Assembly: GCF_006345805.1 (NCBI RefSeq)
Contig: NC_043000.1
Location: forward strand, 75,454,001-75,518,000
From: Octopus sinensis
Taxonomy: Eukaryota
Direction: 5' to 3'
DNA length: 64,000 nucleotides
The position numbers and the translations under genes were made by a program. Below, in pieces: positions 52,806-64,000 of the stretch (its first letter is position 1; each line of letters opens with the position of its first letter). Under the pieces are notes generated by a model, which saw only the letters and a program-made list of their open reading frames with translations, did no database searches and had not been told where the DNA came from.

Positions 52806-54132
52806 CTGAATATGCTAATCGATTACCATTTAGTAATTATGATACTTCTACAATTGAAGATAATTTTAATAAATAATTAATTTATGTATTGTGGCATTTG
52901 ATACTTGTCAATTGTCTACATTGTTCACATAATGTAGGCAGAGGTGGTTTCCAGTAGTAAGAGAAGCTTAAGAATAAATAAATGGAAATTTGTCGGCGGA
53001 ACAAAGTTAGTAACCTTAAGTCACCTCTTACACTCTCAGTGTTGTGATGAGAGTCAAGGTACCCTCTTGTGAGGAATGGACTGAACCGAGAGAGTGTATA
53101 TAGTTTGTGTTATTTCATAGTGAAGTTCGAGAGTGTGGGTTGGTTTGTTCATTTGGAATATTTGTTGGTCCTTGAGAGATAGTTATATTGTTATTGCTGC
53201 TGCATTATCTTATTTTATCACACTGGTACCACATATTTTAGACCATTATCGCAATAGTGGTGGTACTACTATATTGGATACAAACCATGTTACAGCATCT
53301 GGCGACAAAAGGCTCGAAGATCACGTAGCATGTAATTCACCTGCAAACTAAGCATTAAATTCTTTCTTACCAGATTGTCAGCCTTCTGAAATTCCCTTGT
53401 CCATGTTATTTCCTCTGCAGCCATCCACACATTTTATTCAAGATCAACTATGTCAATCTTACCAGTTTTGAAGGCACAGCTCTTGCCTTTTGTCTCAGAA
53501 GGAATGCAAAAGGCAAGGATACAGCCCCTTTTATCCAGCCAAATTGTTCAAATAAAACATGGGAAGAAAAAAACCCATACACCCACTACTATTCCTGTGA
53601 ATTAGTAAGCTGTAAACTATATCAAACTGAGCCCACATCATCATCTTTAACATGTCTCACAGCTAGAACCTTTTACTAAATATTTTATCCAATCATTTAT
53701 CTCCAGAATGGCAGCTTCTACATGGAATCACATTCTCATCAGACATTAATTTACACAAGTTGGAAAAAGACATCATCTACATTCACATTAACAGTTTAGG
53801 AAAGCCTGCAGATGTTCTCTTGCTCGCACTTTATATTAATAAAAATAAGAAATTCTAACAAAGGTACTTAGCCAAAAATTTTATAGGAGGAAATAATGTC
53901 AACTATATTGACCCACTCCTTATCTAGTGTACGAATAATAATTTTATACAAAATGAATAAGTTTCAAATTCCATAAAGCAATGCAAACAATGGAAAATAA
54001 TTTAAACACTAATTTTATATATACTCAGACTTTCAAAAAGAATTTAGCTGTTTAGGATGTCAAGCTTTTAAAACGAATTTAGCTGTTTATGTTAACTACG
54101 TCACAAAATAGCTGTCTACGTCACAGTAACAA

Positions 54133-54790
54133 GGATCTTTTCTTTTTGATGGACGGAATTTTCTAGTTAACTAAACAATTTGAAACTTCGTATACTTGTA
54201 GAATGTGTCAAAAGAAAACATTATTGTAAACAAAATTGAAAACAAAATTGTAATTCATAACTTTAACGTCGTATTGTAAAAATTTGCGAACGACACCAGT
54301 GCGTAATTGGTTCTTAACTTATCGACCCCGAAACGATGAAACATTGACCCCCCCGCCATCTGGTTTATTTACCGGATCTTTTCCTTTTGATGGACGGAAT
54401 TTTCTACTTAACTAAACAATTTGAAACTTCGTATACTGGTAGAATGTGTCAAAAGAAAATATTAATTTCAATTAGTTTTTTTGAGAAAATCGTATTTTGT
54501 AAGTTTTACGAAATTTAATTCTTCGAATTTTAACCAATCGTATTCTCTGTTTTGAGCTGTTTAACCAATCGTATTCTTTGTTTTGAACTGAAATCATTTT
54601 CTGCGTCTAAACATATTGTTACTGGGATCTTTTCGTTTTGATGGACGGAATTTTCTAGTTAACTAAAAAATTGGAAACTTCGTATACTGGTAGAATGTGT
54701 CAAAAGAAAACATTATTGTAAACAAAATTGAAAACAAAATTGTAATTCGTCACTTTAACGTAGTTTAATTCTTCGAATTTTAACCAATGA
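54133..54790 (+). mobile_element. Three serial MITE left ends
   Basis: GGATCTTTTC.TTTTGATGGACGGAATTTTCTA at 54133, 54374 and 54625, with no matching right ends. Confidence 0.75.
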
Positions 54791-55060
54791 AATCCCAGCA
54801 TTTGAGCATAAATCATTTGCTGCGTTATCGATATTGATAAACAATCATAGCAGATACACGACACACACACACACTCTCTGTCACTCTCTCTCTCTCTCTC
54901 AAACACATGCATATACATTTGCACAAGCACATAGTAATTAATATATAAGCGTACACACACATACAAACGGAGATATACATACACACACATACGCACACAA
55001 GCATACATACACGTTCGTGAGTTGCCCCTTGCCGCAACAAATTTGCACAAAAGGTAAATA

Positions 55061-55125
55061 GGATCTTTTCTTTTTGATGACGGAATTTTAACTAGAAAAT
55101 TCCGTCCATCAAAAAGAAAAGATCC
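55061..55125. mobile_element. 65-bp mini-MITE (TIR-TIR) with TA duplication
   Basis: TA|GGATCTTTTCTTTTTGATGACGGAATTT...AAAATTCCGTCCATCAAAAAGAAAAGATCC|TA. Confidence 0.85.
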
Positions 55126-55145
55126 TATATGGATATATATGTATA

Positions 55146-55209
<64 letters not shown>

Positions 55210-55429
55210 CATCTATTTTTTACAATTTACATACATATAAAATTCATACACACATGTATCTATTTATGTTAGAACATTAATTTATATATATTAATTCAAA
55301 ACTAAATATTTTTAACATAAGGGGGATCAGCCATCTGAATGTAGCTAGGGTCAGGGCGGGGTAGTGGGGGTGTTACTGATGCATTTAGCCCCAGGCGATC
55401 ATCAACGTCACCAGAAGGGCTGACACCAT

Positions 55430-57870
55430 CTCGGTGTCCTTGCCAGCCTGCAAAGGGAGATCAGCCTCCCCGAAGATACGGATACTACATACGGACCGGT
55501 TTCGAGGTTATTGCCTCTTGTCAACGCATGGCAAGTACCGTTCTTCGTTGAGGGACTTCCTCTTGGTACACGTCAGGGCCAGGAAGAGCCCTAGTTCATA
55601 TACATCCACATTCTTAAATATCATACCACTCACTAACTATTTCTATACATTTATCGACAGCAAAGTCTACATCGATGGAGGGGTATAGTGATACCACATC
55701 CATGCTACCCACGATGTGGTTCTTGAGGTCACACGTGTTGTTGCATTCGCGGATCCTGCTAAGGAGGTCCTCAGTACAGTCACATACATCCGCAGATAGT
55801 TCTATTAACGGTCGTAGGAATTGTGAGAGAAAGTATGATATTTTGTGGTTGTTTGCATTGTTGGCACCACAAACGGGTCGGGTGGGTGGCCCAAGTATAT
55901 GATCCGTGTGACTCTTGTGATCTTTGCGAAGGCCATATAGGGGTGGGATTTCGTTGTTGGTGGTTAAGAAGTATAATTCTCCAGTCGGAGAAGCGCACAG
56001 CTAACAACTTCTTAACCACCAACAACGAAATCCCACCCCTATATGGCCTTCGCAAAGATCACAAGAGCCACACGGATCATATACTTGGGCCACCCACCCG
56101 ACCCGTTTGTGGTGCCAACAATGCAAACAACCACAAAATATCATACTTTCTCTCACAATTCCTACGACCGTTAATAGAACTATCTGCGGATGTATGTGAC
56201 AGTACTGAGGACCTCCTTAGCAGGATCCGCGAATGCAACAACACGTATGACCTCAAGAACCACATCGTGGGTAGCATGGATGTGGTATCACTATACCCCT
56301 CCATCGATATAGACTTTGCTGTCGATAAATGTATAGAAATAGTTAGTGAGAGTGGTATGATATTTAAGAATGTGGATGTATATGAACTAGGGCTCTTCCT
56401 GGCCCTGACGTGTACCAATGAATACCTGTCGCGCAATAACCTTCTACATGCTTGTCCCACCCGTAACAAACGCGGTAGACCACCTACCATTACCTCAGCT
56501 TACAGGAAGACTCACTGTGAGCGCTGGCAGGGATGGACAAAGCCGGACTACCCACCCTCAAGTGCACACGATATTAGAACCACCATCGCACATGCTATCG
56601 GTGTCAGCCTGAGATTTACGCTAAAAACACATATTTTTAAATTTGACAACAAACTGTATAAGCAAACGAAAGGCGGTGCTATTGGAGTGGGGATCGCCGG
56701 TGACGTTGCTAACCTCTTCATGGTATGGTGGGACAAGCGTTTTAAACAGTGCCTAGCAAACCGTAACATCCACTTGGCTATGTACTCTCGTTACGTCGAC
56801 GACATTAACCTTGTTGTGAAATATAATACAGACACAGTTATGGGCCCTCTACCCAGTGAAGAACAGGTGATGACATCTATACAACACATAGCTGACTCTA
56901 TCCACAGCAGTATAAAACTTACCATAGACTACCCCTCTAAACACCCCAGTAAACGATTACCCGTCCTAGATACTGAGCTATGGATGGAAGATGCTATGGT
57001 TAATGGTACCATTAAACCATGTATACTCCACTCACACTATCAGAAACCGATGGCTAATCCACTAGTAATCCGTAGTGACTCAGCTATGTCGGATACTGCC
57101 AAACTCAACATCCTAGTGGCAGACCTAGTTAGAGTAATGAGGAATGTATCACCACTATGCCAACCACAAGAACGACAACAGCACATCCAGCACTACATAT
57201 TCCGAATGCAACGCTCCGGATACACAAGACGATAGAGTCAGGGTGTACAAAGGAGCGAAAGCTAGATTCGAACGCATTCTAAGGAACGACGAAAACGGTA
57301 TATGCCCCCTGTACCGCAACAAGTTCTGGAATAGGTTAGAGAGGGACACCAACAAAAAGATGAGAAACGTTACTTGGTACGATAACAGGAGATTTCACAG
57401 AGTGATGTTCGTTAACGCCACACCTAAGAACGAGCTAAGTAAGGCATTCAAGAAAGTCCTGCGCACTACGGGCCTAAAAGTTAAAGTTGTAGAAAAGACA
57501 GGTAGGACTATCAAATCGGCATTATGCAGATCATATCCATTTGATAGAATCACCTGTCAAAGTAATTGTGCAGTATGTTCGACAAATCCACATGTAAATT
57601 GTAAAACCAAGGGCACCGTATACCAGATTAAGTGCCAAGAGGGAGCTTGCGCGAAAAACCCAGAGTCATACATAGGTGAGACCTCTAGAAGCATCAATGA
57701 TAGGTTCAAAGAACACCTGGACAACTACATTGAAAGGAAGCCAAACTCCATCTTCTACCAACATGCTGTAGACTGCCACAAGGGATCCTTAGGGGAGCTT
57801 AAGTTGAACATCCTATCAACACACCCCACCGATGCAATGTTGAGACAGGTCACAGAAGCTGTTTGTATTG
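55430..57870 (+). mobile_element. Penelope-like element (RT + GIY-YIG), 5'-truncated with inverted head
   Basis: YGLRKDHK, TRPVCG, SMDVVSLYPSID, YKQTKGGAIG, RYVDD, LPVLD; frameshift near 57230; VYQIKCQ...YIGETSRSINDRFKEH. The true frame starts at about 56007. Confidence 0.93.
55488..55530 (-). ncRNA. Minimal type I hammerhead ribozyme, U3:A8 variant, GUC cleavage triplet
   Basis: CAUGCG-UUGACAA-GAGG(CAAUAA)CCUC-GAA-ACCGGU-C-CGUAUG: 6-bp stem I, 4-bp stem II, palindromic helix III. Confidence 0.72.
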
Positions 57871-57985
57871 TAGCAATACCATCTCTCATTGCTATCTTCA
57901 CTGTTTGAGAAGAGTATTAAGAATAACCTCGGTCGAGATTACAAACATCTTCGGCTAGTTCAACATTGTTGTAAACACTAATTCG

Positions 57986-58126
57986 ATTGGCTGACACGTT
58001 GGTCTCTACTACGTTCGCACCGCTGGTTATCACTTGGCGCGATTTGCCTCCGTTTATTTTCGCGCCATAGTTCCAAGCAGCCAATCACAGCTTTCCATTT
58101 CTGAAGTTCATTGGGAGCCATATAAA
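57986..58126 (+). promoter_or_regulatory. Possible Pol II promoter motif cluster
   Basis: ATTGG 57986, TTGGCGCG 58034, TTTCGCGCC 58058, CCAAT 58081, TATAAA 58121, in a locally CpG-rich patch. Confidence 0.3.
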
Positions 58127-58175
58127 CCTTATAAAATAAGGTTTCTCAGACAAATATCCGTCTTAGGCTTTTAGT

Positions 58176-59837
58176 CTTTGAGTGAGTTATTTGGAGTTAT
58201 TCAGGTGTGTTTATTCTGGTGTGTTTATTTCAAGTGAAGAGGTGGTGAGTTCGAATTCGTTGGAGGACGTGGAATAATTTTTTTCCTGAAAATGCAAGAA
58301 CAGACTTACGCGCGAGCGGCAGGCAAAGGCCTGGTTGCCGGCGAGCTGGAAATGGAGGAGGTGGTGGTCGAACAGAAGACCCTACAGAAGTATTTCGACA
58401 GTTTAAAGAGGGAGGGTGACTGCGTAAGAGTCACACCGTCCGAGGAGGAGGAAAGCAGTGCAGAGAAGCGTACAGGACGTGGTGTGTGGAGTCGAAAAAA
58501 ATTGAAGTAGCGGAAATGAAAGAAGTAGAAGAATGTCTGAAGGAAATTGAGGGCGAACCCACATTTTTCAAAAGAGGAAGGAAATATGCCACGGTAGTGG
58601 TATATTTTGAAACAGAAAATGAGGCAAAAAAGAACGCAACAAGACTTTTGAAATCGGATAAGTGGACTTTGCTACCAAGTTACTGCGGAAGGAGAGCAGT
58701 GAGGATGAGAATCAATAGAATCTCACCCGAATTTAATATGGAAAGGTTGCTGGCAGCAGTGCTGTTTAACTGCAAGGATGATGTGGAAGTACTGAAGGTG
58801 GAGAAGTCAGCGGAGGTGAAATGGTGGGGATATACGGTGCAGGTTCTCGCACACATTACCGTGCGAGACCTGTACAACATCCCAGAGGAGCTGGTCTACC
58901 CTGACGAGACGCGGCTCCGAGTTGTGGTAGAGGGAAGACCCCCAATTTGCTACAATTGTAAATCAAGGGGCCACATGAAGGATGTGTGCCCGCGAGAAAA
59001 AACTAAAGCACCGGAGGTTGTGATGGAGGACGCGTGTGTGGAGGAGGCGAAAGCGGAGGAGCGGTTAAGTGAGGAAGACGAGAGAGTGCAGAAGAGGAAA
59101 AGACGGAAGACAGGAAGAGATCAAGGGTGGAATCACCACCGAAAGATCAAAAAAAGAAGAAAATTAAAAGCAAGATAGCAGAAGAGAGAGAAGACAAAGA
59201 ACAGGAAGTAAAAGAGAAGGTGAGAGAGCGGCCAAGGACAGAGTTTGAAAAAGAATGGGAGACAAGAGTGAACGAGCAATTGGAATCGTGCAGATATGGA
59301 AGAAGGCCGACAGGAAAAAACTTGAAGGCAGTTGTAATGTATATCAAGAATACAGAAGTGGAGAAGAGACTGTAGGTAAGAAAGAGTTGGTCAGGTGAAG
59401 GTGAACCCAAAGCTGTATGGTGACGACGTGAAAGGCGTCATTATAGACAAAGAGACATATATAAAACTAAAAAAGATGTTTAATGCCATACACATAACGC
59501 ATTATGTGCGGTATGATAAATTGCCAGATGTTATAGAGCAAACGGACCTGTTGGATTATATGACGGACGAGCGTCTAATGTAAAAGAATTGTAAAATTTA
59601 AAGTTGTATTTTGATTATACGTAATGTTGACATGTAGAATTGTAAAATTATTGTAACTGTAAAATTGTATGTATAATTGTATTTTAAACGGAACTGCGAG
59701 TTGGGGGTTCGTAAGCCGTTCCATCTCATTACATCTAATTCATTTTTTACTTCATACTTTATTTTTATTTTATGTTCCCCATGTCCCGTCTTGTAATGTC
59801 CCCCTCTTCGTAGCCCCTTGTGGGTAATAAAGAAATA
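58176..59837 (+). mobile_element. ORF1-only L1/Tx1-type retroelement (HAL1-like) with CCHC zinc knuckle
   Basis: 17-bp direct repeat CGTCTTAGGCTTTTAGT at 58159-58175 and 59838-59854; frameshifted ORF 58292-59583 with TYARAA and VVVEGRPPICYNCKSRGHMKDVCP; AATAAA at the 3' end; no EN or RT. Confidence 0.8.
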
Positions 59838-61840
59838 CGTCTTAGGCTTTTAGTTCTTTTAAGAGCTAAGTCTCTGACCACACAGAGCATACTCGACCAA
59901 GTTCCAGTTCGAAAGGCAGGCGACCACCATTAATACAAGATGTTACAGATACCTCTTATACTGTTAGTGTGAAATATCACCATGAAGAACGGTTACAGGA
60001 TATCTATAACTGGAGAAAAATAACCAAGCAGAACATATGATGAAGACGCAGCGAAAACCAAGCTCCAAACATCGAAGATTTAATTTGTACACAAGACGAC
60101 TACAGATTCACCTATAGCGGTTAGGTGAAATTCTCGCCACGGAAAAAACGGCTACAGTAACATATCTGGAAGTATGTTCATATCAAGAGAAAGATAAACA
60201 CAACGAGTGATTCAATTAATCTCAACTGCGATACGCAATATCTTGATATGGAACTCTTACGCTGTACCTCATAAACGGTAAATCAATTATCTGTTCTTGG
60301 GTTCTAGTTTCTTCTAAGAACTACCTTAAGCCATCTGTTATTACCTGTTGCCAGGCCGATACCAACAACATGAACTGTGAATCAAATTCCATCGTCATTT
60401 CACTGGTCAGTACCTTTTTACGCCTAACGAACACACAGACACAAAAACATGCTAACACTTACAAACTTCCAACATCAAGCATGATTGTAAAATATGTAAA
60501 ATAAATAATGTATATATCTTAAAAAGAAATCTTGTTGTCATTCCAACCTTATGTGTATTGCCTCTGCATGTATTATATAGTCAGTAAATAAATTATTAAG
60601 AATGGGGTCGCGTGCGACTGTCTTATACGGTACGACCAAGCGTGATCCTATTTTTATAGTATACAAGAATACAAACCTACTCTCAACCGAAAGTCCGAAT
60701 GGAATAACATCCAGATCCCATTCAAAAGGACTATTCTATAACCACCCCTCTCTCTCTCTCTCCCTTTTACCCGTAGTCCTTACATGCGGGTTACAGCGCG
60801 TATGTGCAGTTATATACAACGGTATGAGCAGACGTTGTTTGATACGAACAGTTGCACCTAGGCGTTGTATCCATTCACGGTTAGACGATGATGAGAGGAA
60901 CAAACACACACCCACACACACATATATATATGTGTGTGTGCGTCTATACAAACATATATGTAAATATGTATACAACCTTCAGCAAAGTAAGTCATGTACA
61001 CAATTTGGACGGACACATGCCAGTACACGGACATACGTTCACATACACATGTACACACTCTCACAGACACATCTGCCAATTCTCCTAGACACTCACATAC
61101 ATACGTAGTACATGAATACAAACATACATACATACCTACGTATGGGCATACACACGTACATACGCACGTACATGTACGCACACACATACATGGGCACATG
61201 CACACGAGCGCGTATACATACATACGCACATGCGTACGTATGTACATAATACACACATACATACATACGCACGCACATACATACATACATACGCACAATA
61301 GTAAAACAATAGTTCTGTGATATAGAGATAAAAATCTGATAATAGATTTTAGGGTATAGTTTTGGGAGTAAGCGTCATAAATTCACTTTCTAGCTTCGGC
61401 CGTAGGAAGTTGAAATTTGATAGCTTTGTGATGAGTGGTCACTCTACATCCATCCATCGCTACAGGTTTATAGCTTTATGGTTTATAGAGTGTACGTGCG
61501 TGCATATACACACACATACATATATACATACATACATACATACATGCATACACAGGCGTATGTGCGTACATGCATACGTACATACATACACACATGTATG
61601 CATACATACACACATACATACGTACATATATATGACGAACTAACTGTTACTTTCTTAGATGCAGCACGGACTTTGTCAGTGAACAGGTCGCGGATTTTAG
61701 CGACGAAAATATTTTGACAAATTAAACTTAAATGTTGAAGTGAATCGAACGGCTTTTGTGTGTTTCTTAAATGGCTTATAAACACCTTCATATATATATA
61801 TACACACACACTTATATACCCATATACATACACATAGACA

Positions 61841-61891
<51 letters not shown>

Positions 61892-61959
61892 TATATACAT
61901 ACACACCATACATACATATACACATTTTTTTTTTTAATTTCACCGCCATTTGGTGTTGC

Positions 61960-64000
61960 TACATGATTTTACTTCACGAATGCTTTTTAGCAATTGACAT
62001 TTGGTGCATGAGAGAGTTTGATGCAGCTGCCCTCATCATCACCTCCTGCCGCGAAGTTGGTTCATCTGGGACACCTGACAGGAAGAGGTTCAGCTTTATT
62101 TTGAAGACACCTACATCCACCCCATGCAGGTCTCTCAGGTCCTTCAGGAGGATATTGAAGGGCTGTGGACCTCTGAAGCCCAGGCTATTGCAGTATCTTG
62201 TCCTACATCTTGATGGCAAATTTGGAGTCCTTGGCACTATGCAGTGGTGCCCAGTTCTAGTATTTGTGTAACTCTCAATGCCAAAGTTTGGGACAAGTCC
62301 TTCCAGGATCTTCCAGATGTATATTATGGCATATCTTTCTCGCCTATGCTCTAAGGAATAGAGTCTTAATCTCTTGAGTCTTTCCCAATAGCTTAAATGC
62401 TGCACAGAGGCTATCTTCTTCATGTAGCTTTGTTGGATTGCCTCAAGTTCTGAGAATAATTTAACACTGGTTGGTGACCATAGCTGAGAGCAATAGTCAA
62501 AGTGGCTTAGGATAAGTTTCCTCCAGAGGACCATCATGGTTTTCTAGTCTCTTGTTCTAAAAGTTCTAAGAATCCATCCGGTCAGCTGCCTACATTTCAT
62601 TGCCAATTTAGCAACATGCACATGAAAGGTTGCATCATTACTCATGAAAATACCCAGGTCTCGCACTGATTGTGCCTCTGGGATTGCAATCCCTCTAGGT
62701 CCAGTGTATTTATTAGGTATTGCATTTAGTTTTGCATGCTGATAGCACAAAGCTTGAAACTTTTCAGCATTGAATTGCATGCTAATCTTTTCAGCCCACT
62801 TGTGTATTTCATCCAGCTCACATTGCAGGTGCATAGTGTCTTCAGGGTTCTGTATTATCTGTGAAACTTTTGTATCATCTGCATAACTTGTGATCATGGC
62901 TCTCAGTGTGGCTGAGGGTATGTCTGAGAGGGCCATTATGAACAGTAGTAGTCCCAAAACAGTACCATGCGGAACACCACTCACTATTTGCGTGTCATTG
63001 GATTGGCCCCATTGGCTACTACCACCTGACTTCTATCCTTCAGAAAGTCATGAAGCCATTCTCCCAATTCTCCAACTATGCCAAGATCACGCAGTTTGAC
63101 ATAGCATTCCATGATCGACTTTATCAAAAGCCTTTTCAAAGTTGAGATATATCACTTCCACATTTGAGTGGTTGAATAATTGTATCAGCACCCAGTCATA
63201 GTGTTGTAAGAGCTGAGTTAGGCAGCTTCTTTCTGGTCGGAAACCATGTTGGGTGTCAGGAAGCGAGTCATTTTCTTCAAGGAAGGCGATTAGTTTTCTT
63301 CTGACTATTCATTCCATGACCTTGCTGATGTGTGAGGTTTATAGTTCTTGGCTTCCGCTCTGCTACCTCCTTTATGAATAGGGCATATTTTACCCTCCTT
63401 CAGTTTTCTTGGAAATTTGCCAGTTGCAAGGAAGCTCTGAAAGAGGAGCTGCAGTGGTCTTGCTAGGACTTGCTTACATACTTTTAGAAGGATTGCTGGG
63501 AATCAATCAGGGCCAGTAGCTGAGTTTGTTTTCATTTCATCTATAGCCCTTATTACATCGTCTTCCTTTATATTGATGTAATCAATCATCATTACCTCAG
63601 TTTTTATATCTGCAGTGGTAAAGAAGTCAGTTGGATTGCTGACTTGAAAGTGCCCTAGGGGTGGAGTGAAAATACTTTTGAACTGCTCATTTATTATTTC
63701 ACTTACCCTCAGTGGATTTCCTGTGAGTGTATCATCTTTTTCAAGGAGTGGCCCTATCCTTCAGTGCACCGAATCTGTTTCTTTGGCAAACTTGTAGAAA
63801 GTTCTGGGGTTAGATTTTATATTGTCTATAGCCCACGCTTCTTTGTCTGCACTTCCTTTTTTATGGGAGAGTTGCAGACTTTTTTCAATTTCCAGCAGTT
63901 GTATTTTCAGGTGGGACTTTTCACTGCTTCCAGTTTGTTTGTTTAGGCGAATTGAAACTTTTGTACACCATCTCAAGAATTTTCCTCTCCCTGGCGATTT
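61960..64000 (-). mobile_element. CR1-group LINE, decayed RT and C-terminus, runs off the window
   Basis: FEKAFDKVDHG, SGVPHGTVLGLLLF, SYADDTK, VRDLGI, YCSQLWSP, LYSLEHRRER, FLSGVPDEP. Confidence 0.92.

Noticed and set aside
53358-53680. About 107-codon ATG-less open frame on +
   Set aside because: No start or domain, and the duplicate carries indels in the same stretch.
55823-56006. First about 60 aa of the 470-aa Penelope ORF
   Set aside because: They read through the antisense palindrome arm and spacer, so this is not a real N-terminus.

Overview
Eukaryotic, repeat-dominated DNA with no intact host gene. The RTE tails, tRNA-SINEs and (TA)n density suggest an octopus or other coleoid cephalopod; this is inference. 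The window holds four copies of one RTE LINE family plus several tail-only copies, a second RTE family, CR1-group and Hero-like fragments, at least three Penelope-like (RT/GIY-YIG) remnants, many short Penelope-type termini, two mariner remnants, a hAT fragment, non-autonomous Helitrons, MITEs and SINEs. Most listed ORFs are microsatellite or antisense artefacts. The strongest unexplained signals are: (1) about ten minimal hammerhead-ribozyme folds with palindromic helix III at Penelope-type ends, two from different families carrying the compensatory U3:A8 core swap; (2) a cluster of fold-back hairpins, including a 410-bp palindrome at the head of a Penelope ORF; (3) a 1.66-kb ORF1-only zinc-knuckle retroelement with a 17-bp target-site duplication (HAL1-like); (4) a foldback-like element with long tandem-repeat TIRs; (5) a His/Gln/Ser-rich exon-like frame split by one TAG, next to an 802-bp inverted duplication. 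All calls were made by eye; no searches or folding programs were run.
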